Positions 39,348-50,460 of a stretch of DNA of 64,000 nucleotides are shown in pieces. Below the pieces are notes generated by a model that was not told the DNA's origin, made no database searches, and saw only the letters and a list, made by a program, of their open reading frames with translations. The stretch covers positions 9,920,001 to 9,984,000 of the forward strand of contig NC_091999.1 of the NCBI RefSeq assembly GCF_044704955.1. The letters are read 5' to 3'. The stretch comes from Pristiophorus japonicus. Lineage: Eukaryota. A program made the position numbers and the translations under genes. Numbering within the stretch: the stretch's first letter is position 1; every line of letters begins with the position of its first letter.

Positions 39348-39870
39348 TCTCTCAGCCCACAGTAATAAACCGCGCTGTCAGACAACTGCAGGCCGCTGAT
39401 GTTGAAATTTCCCTCACTTTTAGCAGCATCGAGAGATGCAGAAAATCGAACCCCCACGCCCTCTGCTCTGAAAACATCCCCAGCAGATGGGATGACGATT
39501 AAGATTGTGGGGCCTTTCTCCCGGTCCTGACGGTACAGTTGTAAGGAATAGTAAGTAGAAGTGGTCGAATAGCTGTAATTAATTGTCACCGAGTCTCCTT
39601 CAAACTGAATCGCATTATTTGGCCCCTGTGAGATCGAGTCTGCACCACTAACACCTGCAGAAATTTAGAAATACAGAAGTTTATCCTATTATAATCATTT
39701 CATTATAACAATATCATAACGGTGAAAGAATACATTACAAATAGAAAAACAGTTGAAATGAACAGTCTCTACTTTCGTGACACCTGCACGATGAAGCGTG
39801 TGTAACTTGTAAACTTACCAGTTAAGAGAGCTGCAGCTGTGACAAATGAATAAAATGAAACAAAAGACAT
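39348..39870 (-). CDS. TCR alpha/delta V segment, open frame but Cys23->Tyr and Trp41->Leu (leader 39870-39819, V 39654-39348)
   Basis: Leader MSFVSFYSFVTAAALLT with GTAAGT donor; CTGCAG acceptor. DSISQGP...VTINYSYST...LQLYRQD...LSDSAVYYCGLR. Confidence 0.9.
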
Positions 39871-40415
39871 GTTTGCTGAGAGTTGATACCGAATGCAAAC
39901 AGAACGGGTCGAACTTGTAATTGTTTTAGTCAAGTGTTGGTAAGATATCGAGTAATATCCGATCTCTCTGCCGATTGGTTCATTCCTGTCAGAGTCAACA
40001 GGTGACATCCAATCAGTTCATACTTCCTTTGTTCTTCAATTCTTCCAATCAGCTCACAGGTCCATTGTTCTCTAGTTCATGACTGCAGGGCAGGGAAAGG
40101 GGAACAAAGTGAAATTGTTCTCCTCAAAACAAAGAATTGGACGGGTGTTAAATGCAATGTTGGCAATTTAGTAATCAGTCTCTGAGGTGAGGGCTGTGAA
40201 TAGACATAGTTCAGTGCGGGAGCGTCTAATTACCAGAGCATGAGAGCTACCTTCAGCCAATATAAAAGGTGATATTAGGTAGAATGACATAGAGGTGCAG
40301 CACAGAAAAGGCCATTCGGGCCAACTGGTCTTTATAGTTTGGTTCCCATTTTACTATTAGATCAAAATCCAGGTCCCAGATCTGATTCATTGAGAGGGGT
40401 TCAGAGTCCTTTACT

Positions 40416-40760
40416 GATTTTTGCACGGATTGACTACGTCCCTGTAACAGTGTGGGGTGTAGCACACAGTGATACACGGCAGAGTCAGACATAAGAGCCC
40501 CGGCCACACTTAAAGAAACCTTCTTCTTGCCTTGTTTCAAATCAGTGGAGAACTGGTCAGGGAAACCTGGAGACCGATACCCCTGCCCCTTGCCGTATCT
40601 CTTCAGTACATATCACGGACCTTGCCCACGATACTTAATGTACTAGAAGAGGTAGGGAGAATTATCGGATGTGGAGGATCGACAGTTGAGTATTATGGTC
40701 TGTCCTTCCTAAACTATTAATTCAGACAGATCCTGAGACACTGAACTTTTGACACTCGAT
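40416..40760 (-). pseudogene. TCR alpha/delta V pseudogene with 23-RSS
   Basis: SVSQD...*EGQTIILNC...YLF*YIK...GP*YVL...MSDSAVYHCVL with three stops. RSS: CACACTG + 23 + GCAAAAATC. Confidence 0.88.
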
Positions 40761-41925
40761 TTGAAACACAATACAAAATGTGTCTAGGAGTAAATATAAC
40801 CCCTGGAACATATACTGACCTGGACGCATGACCATTATTATCAATGCAGAACATGGCGGGGGCGGGGGTGAGGTGGCGGGGGGGGGGGGAGCACATGGTG
40901 TCTGGTTTAAATTTCGAAAGAAAATAGAAGACATTGGGACAACATTATGTCAGATTTTCATTTGTATCAAATTGAGTTTTTCTTCTGCACAAGGAAACCA
41001 TTCAACCAATTCCACGTTAACATTGAACTATAAAGAGACAAATTGCAATCCTATTAAAGAATAATCCTAACCGAAGGTTTTTTCGCTCTTTCTGACCAGG
41101 ATGTGTCCATGAAATTGTGAGTGAGACCGATAATAGTCAGACAGCATCCTCACCAATTCCCAGGGTCGGATATTCAGATGATGCAGAACAGCACATGGAG
41201 CCTGTGTGCTGGGGCGGCGGGCAGTGACGATGAACGCAGGCAGCGGAAATGATCACTAGCAGCTCATTGAAACCAGGCTCTTGGTTTGATTCAGGAAATG
41301 ACGCGGTCTCCGTGTGCTGAAAGAAACATTTCAAATATTCCCCTTCAGTCGGAAAGCTGCAGCTGAGAGGAGGCACCGGGTGAAGTGTGGTGTCCCAATG
41401 TCCGGAGACTGCGGCCATTATGGAGCTCAGGTGTTTCGTTACTGCGGGCCTAACACGTTGTTATTTGGTTTGTTTATTTAATTCATTTAATTATACATCT
41501 GTGTCTGTCTGTCCACTCCACTATTAACACAACTACGTTCTATTAATCGATCTCTAGATCTATCAACCTCTCTGTCTCGTTCTTTGTTGTCTGTCTGTTT
41601 CTCTCTGACTCTCTGTTTCTCTATAGTTCTCTGTATCTATCTGCCTGTTTCTCTCTGTCTCTCTGTGTGTCACTCTCTGTCTTTTTCTCTCTCTCCAACT
41701 CTCTCGCTCTGTCTGTTTATCTCACTTTCTCTCTGTCTCCCTATTTCTATTGATCCACCTCTCAATCTATCACGATAAATCCATTAATTTGAGGGTTTTT
41801 CTCTCTCCTTCCCTTTCTCCCCCTGTCTATGAACAGAGAAATAGACGATATATTCTTAAAGAAAGAGAAATGCCTGATATATTCTTCTCTCTGTTTCCAT
41901 GGGTAATCAGCATTGCTTTCTGCAG

Positions 41926-42220
41926 GACTGATTTCTGGAGATTTCGTCAAACAATGGTCAACAGAAGTCGAATATCCGGAAGGAAACTCGATGACCATTA
42001 ATTGTAACTATTCAACCTCAGAATTGAACTATTACCTGCAGCTTTATCGTCAGAGCTATAACACGGCACCAACTTTTGTAATTCAGGCACATCCTTTTGG
42101 AAAGGGCGAAGTTAAAGGCCGTTTCTCTGTTGTTCTGGAAAAGTCGAAAACTATCAGTGCTTTCCACCTGACTGAGCTGCAGCTGGCAGACAGCGCCATG
42201 TACTACTGTGCACTGAGGCC
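41926..42220 (+). CDS. TCR alpha/delta V exon, open frame (Trp41->Leu); leader not confidently found
   Basis: TGCAG acceptor. GDFVKQW...MTINCNYS...LQLYRQ...GRFSV...LQLADSAMYYCALR. Confidence 0.88.
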
Positions 42221-42259
42221 CACAGTGAGAAGTGCCTCGGAAAACCTTGTACAGAGACC
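42221..42259 (+). other. 23-bp RSS
   Basis: CACAGTG + 23 + ACAGAGACC. Confidence 0.92.
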
Positions 42260-42298
42260 TTGTTCTTCAAGATCAGCTCAAAGAGGACACGTTAAAAC

Positions 42299-42317
42299 CG
42301 GCCACCAGATGGCGCTG
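42299..42317 (+). promoter_or_regulatory. CTCF-binding motif next to the RSS
   Basis: CGGCCACCAGATGGCGCTG matches the CCASYAGRKGGCRS consensus. Confidence 0.65.
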
Positions 42318-42719
42318 ACAGAGCGCAGATACCCACCGCTGGTCCCCTTACATCAACCAATCGTGACTGACACTTTCTGAATATAAGTTAGCGTGAAGTT
42401 GTTTCTTCACATATTTATGATTACTAATCCAATCGCTTACAGTTTAATAATTTCACAGGTTTGATAAGTGTAATTGAGCTTTGTACCCGCAGAACATTCG
42501 GATTGGTTGTTGTTTTGATCTATTTGCCACCGCTATTTGCAGTCGCTGGTTTCAACACACGTCACTGATGAAAATTACGATAACTATTGATTAATATAAC
42601 AATTCTGCAATTCCTATGATCTTCAAGACTTGGCCAACTCGGCCAACCGTTGCGCTATCGATGTGTCTTGTTTCTTCTTCCAAGTGGTGTTCAATATGAA
42701 GTTGTACTGATTCATCACT

Positions 42720-44480
42720 GAGAAAATACTGTACCTGGATTGGCTGCCATGTGCCATGTGACTCCAGCTGCAGCCGACGGATGTACCGACGTACACACGC
42801 TCCGATGCACTGAGCGAGGAGGCCTCAGAACCTAGATCGCCGGGGGGCACAGCAGGAAAAGGTAGGTGCTCATTATTTTACCTTTTTCTGTCGAGCACCT
42901 GCGGGAACCAAGGGCCAGGATTTATGGGCCAAAGCCTTCTGTTTGTTGTAAGAGCCTGAGACTCGTCTTTATGACAAAGATTAAAATGCAATGTGCTTTC
43001 TACTGGTTGTACCAGCCTGAGGTTTGTCTTTGTGACAAAGGTTGAAACACAAGGCCCAAATTCTGGCCTCACCAGGCCGATACAAAATGCGCACTGACCT
43101 GGCATGGCCTTGAAAAAGCCAGTTTTCCGGGTTGTCCTCCACATTGCCGGGAGAAGGACATGCATGTGGGAGAGATTGGGCTATTTGCCCAACTGATGCC
43201 CAGAGAATGTGCTGGAAATTTTTACTCCTGTTGAAAGCAGGTGCATAGCCTACTTTTACCAATGTAAGAGTTTTAAAACAGCTAAAACTTAAATTTAAAT
43301 ATACGTTCCTGTAGTAAAATCTCTGTCCATTAAGGTAAGTTTAATTTTCACCCTATTCAAACAAAATTGGGGCTAAAATTCAAGCCTCACTCGGTCCATA
43401 TGAAGTGTGCATGGACCCAGCGAGGCCGAGTAAATGCCAGTTTTAGGGGTGCGATGTGCATGCGCCGAAAACCGGCTTTTCCAATCTGCAAGATTTGTCT
43501 TGACAGACTGAATACATCCAAACAGGAAGTACATTCGCGTAGCCGAGATTGGGCTATTTACCCACCTCACGCCCAGCGAATGGCCTTCAGAATTTTATGC
43601 CTGGTGAAAGCAGGTGCATAGCCTACTTTTCCCTGTGTGATAGTTCCAAAACATACAAAAATTACATTTAAAAACACAATTGATGTTAAAAATCCTGCCC
43701 ATAAAGGTAAGTTTATTTTAAACTGTATTAAAACACAAAATACATTTCCAAAAAATACTTTTTTTCCTAAAACATTTATGTAACTTTAATTTCAATTAAT
43801 TTCAAATATGTGAGGTTTTTTACTTATTTATTATGTTGTGTTTGTGTGTTTTAGGTTTTTTTCTCATTGAGAGTTTTGGGAACGCGCACAGAATTCCCAC
43901 TATTATCAATGAGATTACTGCATCGTTATTGGTTGTCCAGGCCCACGTGACTTCAGCGATGCACAGCGACTCTGGCCCTCCGAACGCAATCCTACGTTTC
44001 TCCGGGACCATCAGGTAGTTTCGTAGATTTTGTTCGGGTCGCAGGCGTTCGTATGTAGGGTACCTCTGACCTCAATTTTAGAACCAGTAAAATAATTCCC
44101 CAAAATATTTTATTTTTTCGAAAATATTTAATTACATTTAACTTCAATTCGTTTTAAATATTTAAGGTGTTTCATTTATGTCTCATGCGGTGTTTGGGTG
44201 TTTAGGGGTTTTCTCATTGAGAGTAATGGGAACTCGGAGAAACGGAGTTCCCATTATTATCGATGAGAATACTGCATTGTGATTTGCTCTCCAGGCCCAT
44301 GTGACACCAACTTGAATTTACATACCTCGAAGACAGGTCCCGATGCGCTGTGCAGCGAATCGATGCCTCTGAGCAGGATCTAACATTTCTCCAAGATCAA
44401 AAGGTGAATGCTAAGATTTTTGGGGCGTTGGATGTGTTCGTACAAAGAAAGCCTCCGACCTCAATTTCCAAAAAATGTGC
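42720..44480. mobile_element. MITE cluster, paralogous to 5320-6660
   Basis: Collinear sequence similarity with the 5 kb MITEs. Confidence 0.65.
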
Positions 44481-44914
44481 TTTCTAGCGGTTGTACCACC
44501 CTGAGAGACATGTTTCTGAAAGTCCATCCAGCCAATCAGGAGAAGTGTCAAACGAAATCGAAGGAAGTGGAAAATCAAAATGTTTGGAGCGTTAATAACA
44601 ATTTTGCGGGAGCAGCGAGGGGCGGGGGTGGTTATTGGTGAATATTCAACGTATCTATTCTCTCTCTCTGTCTCTCTGTCTCTTTCTTTGTCTCACACTT
44701 TCTTTCCCTCTGTTTCTGTCTGTCCGCTCTCAATGTCTCTCTGTCTATATTCATGTCTCCCTCTCTCTCTCTCTCTCTCTCTCTTTGTGAATGTGTCTTT
44801 TTCTCTCTCTTTTGATCTTCTTCTTTTTGTCCAGCGATTATTTGTCAGTTATCACTTTCTAAAGGGAAGTGTAAAGCATTGTGTGTACTGCCCCACAAGC
44901 CATGCAAAGTTCCA

Positions 44915-46702
44915 AAACAACGTCCCAGAAATTCTAGGGAACCAATGGTCTAATGAGCAAGAGGAATTAAAGGAAATTATTATTAGTAAAAAAATAGTGC
45001 TGGGGAAACTAATAGGACAGAAAGCCGATAAATCCGCAGGGTCTGATGATCTGTCACCCAGAGTACTAAAAGTGGTAACCATGGAAATAGTAGATGCATT
45101 GGTGGTCATCTTCTAAAATTCTGTAGATTATGGAACAGTTCCCGCAGATTCGAGGGTGGCAAATGTAACCCAGGTATTTAAAAAAGGAGGGAGGGAGAAA
45201 ACTGGGAACTACAGTCCGGGTAGCCTAACATCAATAGCAGGAATGGGGTACTGAAATTGCATGTTCAGCCATGAACTGATTGAATGGCGGTGCAGGCTAG
45301 AAGGGCCGAATGGCCTACTCCTGCACTTATTTTCTATGTTTCTATGTTTTCTATGTTTCTAATAGTAGGGAATATGCTAGAGTCTATTATAAAGAATGTG
45401 ATAATGGCACACTTAGAAAATATCAACGGGATTAAACAAATTCAACATGGATTTATGAAAGGAAAATCATGTTTGACAAAGCTACTGGAATGTTTTGAGT
45501 ATGTAACTGATCGAATAGATAAGGGAGAACCAGTATTTGGCTGTATTTGGATTTTCAGAAGGCCTTTGATAAATTTCCACGTAAGAGATTAGTGTGCAAA
45601 ATTAAAGCACATAGGATTGAGGTAATGTATTGACATGGATTGTTGATTTGTTAACTGACAGCAAACGGAGAGTAGGAATAAATGGGTCTTTTTCGGGGTG
45701 GCGCGCAGTGACTAGTGGGACATCACAGGGATCAGTGCTTGCGCCCCAACTATTCACAATATATATAAATGATTTGGATGCGGGAGCCAAAGGTAACAGT
45801 TCCACGTTTGCTGACAACAGAAAACTAGGTGGGATTGGGTGTTGCAAGGAAGATTCAAAGATACTGCGAGGCGATGTAAATAGGTTGAGTGAGTGGGAAA
45901 ACACATGGCTGGTACAATATAACGTGTAGAAATATGAACTGATCCACTTTGTTAGGAAAAACATAAGGACAAAGTATTATTTAAATGGTAATGGCTGGGA
46001 CGTGTTGATGTACAGAGGGACCTGATGTCCTTGTACACCAGTCAGTGAAAGCAAGCATTCAGGTGCAGCAAGCAGTTAGGAAGAAACACCGTATGTTGGC
46101 CTTCATTGCAAGAGGATTTGAGTACAGGAGCAAGGATGTCTTACTACAATTAGGCAGGGCCTTGGTGAGACAACACCTGGAGTACTGTGTGCAGTTTGGG
46201 TCTCTTTACCTAAGAAAGGATATACTTGCCATAGAGAGAGTGCAGCGAAGGTTCACCAGTCTGATGCCTGGAATAGCAGGACTGTCGTCTGAGGAGAGAT
46301 TGAGTAGACTAGCTTGTATTCACTAGAGATTAGAAGAATGAGAGGGGATCTAATTGAAACGTATAAAATTCTGATTGGATTGGATAGACTGGATGCGGGG
46401 GTGGGCGGGGGGACGCTTCCCCTGGCTGGGAAGTCTTAAACAAGGGGTCACAGTCTCAGAATACGGTGACGAAAATTTAAGACCGAAATGAGGAGAAATT
46501 GTTTCGCTCAGAGTGTGGTGAACCTGTGGAATTCTCTACAACAGAAGGCTGTCTAGAAACAAAAGAAATCAAGGAGTATGGGGAAAAAGCAGGAATATGG
46601 TGTTCAGATAGAGGTTCAGACACGATCATATTGAATGGCAGTGCAGACTCCAAAGGCTGAATGGCTTACTACTGCTCCTATTTGCTATGTTTCTATGTTT
46701 CT
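44915..46702 (+). mobile_element. CR1 LINE, 5' truncated (extra tail inserted at about 45235-45360)
   Basis: QHGFMKGKSCLT, FADNRKL, (TTTCTATG) tail. Confidence 0.88.
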
Positions 46703-47009
46703 AACGCCGGTCAGATGCAGAGCAAAGCACCTTTCATGCTGCCCCGCAAAAAGTTTTGACGTCAGATACAGCATAGGTTAAATGAAATGTAAATTCAGAT
46801 TTACTGTGTTCCAGTAGACACTCAAGCATTGAGTTCAGAATGTGTAAATCTTCTATACTGTCGCCAAAATGACTCATCGGTAAGTATAGCGCCAGTTAGA
46901 TACAGAGTAAATTTCTGTCTATACATTCCCAACAAACAATCCCAGAGCAGATACAGCACGGGTTAGATGCAGAGTAAAGCTCTCTCTACACATTCCCATG
47001 AAACACTCC

Positions 47010-49950
47010 CAGAGTGTTGTTGGAGGTTTGTTAGTGGTGGAGGGAAATCATGTTCAACGTGGTGGATAGTGTGTCAATGAAGCGGGTTGCTTTGTCCTGG
47101 ATGGTGTCGAGCTTCTTGAGTGTTGTTGGAGCTGCACTCATCCAGGCAAGTGGAGAGTACTCCATCGCACTCCTGACTTGTGCCTTTTAGATGGTGCGAA
47201 GGCCTTGGGTTATGAAGAGGTGAGGCACTCGCCGCAGAATACGAAACCTCTCACCAGCTCTTATTGCCAAATTATTTATGTGACAGGTCCAAATAAGTTT
47301 CTGGTCAATAATGATCCCCAGGATTATGATGCTGGGTGATTCGGCGATGGTAATGCCATTCAATTTCAAGGGGTGGTGGTTATACTCTCGCGTGTTGGAG
47401 ATATCATTACCTGGCACTTTTGTGGCCCGAATATTAAATGCCATTTAACAGCCCAAGCCTGAATGTTGTCCAGGGCATTTCATTATCTGAGGAGTTTCGA
47501 ATGGCATTGAATACCGTGCAGTCAACATTAAACATCGACACTTGGTAACTTACGATGGAGGGAAAGTATTTCATGAAATAGCTGCAGATGGTTGGGCCTA
47601 GCACATCATCATGAAGAAATCCTGCAACGATGTCCTGGAGCTATGATGATTGCCTTCCAACTCCCACAACAATATTCCTTTGAACGAGGTATGCCTTCAG
47701 CGAGTGGAGCGCCCACCCCCTACCACCCCCCTGCTGATTTCCATTGACTTCAGTTTTACTATGGCTCCTTGAAGTCATGCTTGTTCAAATACTGTCTTGA
47801 TTTCAAGGGCAGTCAATCTCATCTCACCTCTGGAATTCAGCTCTTTTGTCCATGTTTGGTTCAAGGCTGTAATGAGGTCTGGAATGGAGTGTTCCTGGCA
47901 GAACCCAAACTGAGCATCGGTGAGCAGGTTATTGGAGAGTGTCGCTTGATAGCACTGATGACGACACTTTCCATCACTTAGCTGATGATTGAGAGTAGAC
48001 TGGTGGGGCGTTAATTGGCCGTATTGTATTCGTCCTGCTTTTTGTGGACATGACTAGGCAGTTTTCCACATTATTGGTAGATGCTCGGAACAGCATGGCT
48101 AGAGGCGTGGTTCGTTCTGGAACAGGTCTTCAGTATGACAGCCAGATTGTTATCGGGGCCCATAGCATTTGTTGTATCCAGTGTGCTCAGCCTTTTCTTG
48201 ATATCACATGAAGTGAAGTGAATTGGCTGACGATTGGCTTATGCGACAGTGGGGGCCTCAGCAGGATGCCGATATGGATCATCCACTCGGCACTTCTGGC
48301 TGAAGATAGTTGCAAACGCTTCAGCCTTTTCAGTTGCACTCACGTGCTGGACTCTGTCATCATTGAGGATTGGGATATTCACGGAGCCTCCTGCTCCAGT
48401 TACTTGTTTAATGTTCCACAACTATTCACTACTGGATGTGGCAGGACTGCAGAGCTTTGATCTGATCCGTTGATTGTTGGATCGCTTAGCTCTGGTATGG
48501 TATGCTGTTTCTGCTTTTTAGCAGGAATGCAGTCCCGTGTTGCAGTTTCCACAGGTGAAAACCTTAATTTTAGCTAAGCCCGGTGCTGCTCTTAACATTC
48601 TCTTTAATTCTCATCATTGAACCAAGGTTGGTCACCTGACTTGATGATATTGACAGTGTGAGAGATATGCCGGGCCATGAGGTGAAAGGATCTGCTGCTG
48701 ATGATATCCATAGCGCCTCATGGATGAACAGTTTTGAGCTGCAAGATCTGTACTGAATCTGTGCCATTTAGCGTAGTTTCTCCACAATCGAGGTATGATG
48801 GTCAATGCTACCAATGCTGTCATGCGCAGATGCAATTGCGACAAATAGATTGGTGAGGACGTGGTAAAGTAGATTTTTTCGTAGAGTTGGTTCTCTCACC
48901 ACCTGATGCAGGACCAATCTGGCAGCTATGCGTTTCAGGACTTCATCAGCTCTGTCAGTAGTGGTGTTCCCGAGGCACTCTCAGTGGTTTATATTGAAAT
49001 ACCCCACACAGAGTATATCTGATCAAGAAAGTTCTCTTAAAAATATTTTGAAATTCTTCCTCCTCTCTGCCGTTTAATATTACTATGCCAATCTAAACTA
49101 GAATAACTCAAGGCCCCCATTATGACTTCTCTATAGTTGTTGCACATCTCTTTAATTTCCCTAAAAAATGCCCCTCTCTATATGCTTCCCATTAATTAGC
49201 GCCGAGTGAATGCATCTCACAATGTAATGGCACGGCTATTAGTTCTTAACTCGAAACCAACATATTCTATCCTTGACCCATCCAGGAGATCCTCTCTCTT
49301 CATCACTGTAACATTCTCCTGAACCAATACTGCCAGCGCAATACCTTTCTTTCCATCACTATCTTCCTGAACAATTTATATCCAGGAATTTTTAATAACC
49401 AATCCTGTTCTTTTGTCAGCCAGGTCTCCTTTACCCCATGATATCATATTCCCACGTGGCTATTTGCACCTGCAGCTCACCAACCTCATTTACCATGCGT
49501 CGTGCGTTGACACACAAGCACTGTGAATCTCCATCAGACATTCTTATATTTTCTCTTCATCTGCCCCCACCAAATACCTTACCATTTCTTATTCTAGTGC
49601 TATCTGTCTTCTGTATTCTAATGGTACATCCTGTTGCCCACCCCTCTGCGGAATTAGTTTAAATCTTCCCGCCAACAGCAGGAGCAAATCCTCCCCCCTC
49701 CGCCCCCCCACCTCCCCCCGATCACGAGATCCAGCCTGTACAGGTCGAAATTATCCTAAAAGCCATCCCAATGTTCCAAGAATCTAAAGTCTCCCTCCTG
49801 CACCATTTCTGCATTCACGCATTAATCTGCTCTCTGCTACTATTGCTATCGTCACAAGATTGTGGCACCGGGAGTAATCCTGAAATTATTACCTTTGAAG
49901 TCCTGCTTTTAAATCTCTTTCTTTGTTGCGAATATCTGCTTACAGGAACT
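47010..49950 (-). mobile_element. CR1/L2-group LINE (47010-49020) plus old CR1 EN/ORF1 fragments
   Basis: KAEAFATIFSQKCRVDD; homologous to 7900-8860. Confidence 0.7.
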
Positions 49951-50008
49951 CATCAATTTTTCTACCATGATCAGGTTTTTTAACGGCTCTCTTCGTGCTC
50001 TGTATCAT

Positions 50009-50155
50009 AGACATAGAAACATAGAAAATAGGTGCAGGAGTAGGCCATTCGGCCCTTCTAGACTGCACCGCCATTCAATGAGTTCATGGCTGAACATGCA
50101 ACCTCAGTACCCCATTCCTGCTTTCGACCATACCCCTTGATCCCCCTAGTAGTAA
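50009..50155 (-). mobile_element. CR1 3' tail inserted into an RSS, flanked by a TATCAT duplication
   Basis: TATCAT at 50003-50008 and 50156-50161 flank a (CATAGAAA)n tail fragment. Confidence 0.85.
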
Positions 50156-50165
50156 TATCATTGTG

Positions 50166-50460
50166 GTGTGAGCCGACTCAGTGCATAGTAACACTTAGCG
50201 GAGTCCTTCAGTTGCAGTTTTGCGATGATTAACTGGCTGATTTTCTTTGCAGGATCAATAGAAGCAGAAATTCGGCCACCAGCAGCGTTTTTTTTATTCG
50301 CCTCTCCTGAAGTATGTCTCTGAAACAACTATTTCGGAGCCTGACCTGGGGACTGATTGTACCAGTGTAGTCTGTACTGACATATCCCTTAATATTCGCA
50401 GCTTAAAGTTACGGTTTCACCTGCAGCAGAGATTTGTAGAGGACACCGAGAAACTGGAAT
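50166..50460 (-). pseudogene. NAR-TCR supporting V-delta (leaderless, CDR1 Cys), pseudogene
   Basis: The acceptor CTGCAG|AT lies directly at the mature N-terminus. VTLSCEY*GICQYRLHWYNQSPGQAPK*...ISASIDPAKK...LQLKDSAKCYYALSR, with two stops and a frameshift. Heptamer CACAATG at 50165-50159. Confidence 0.85.
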
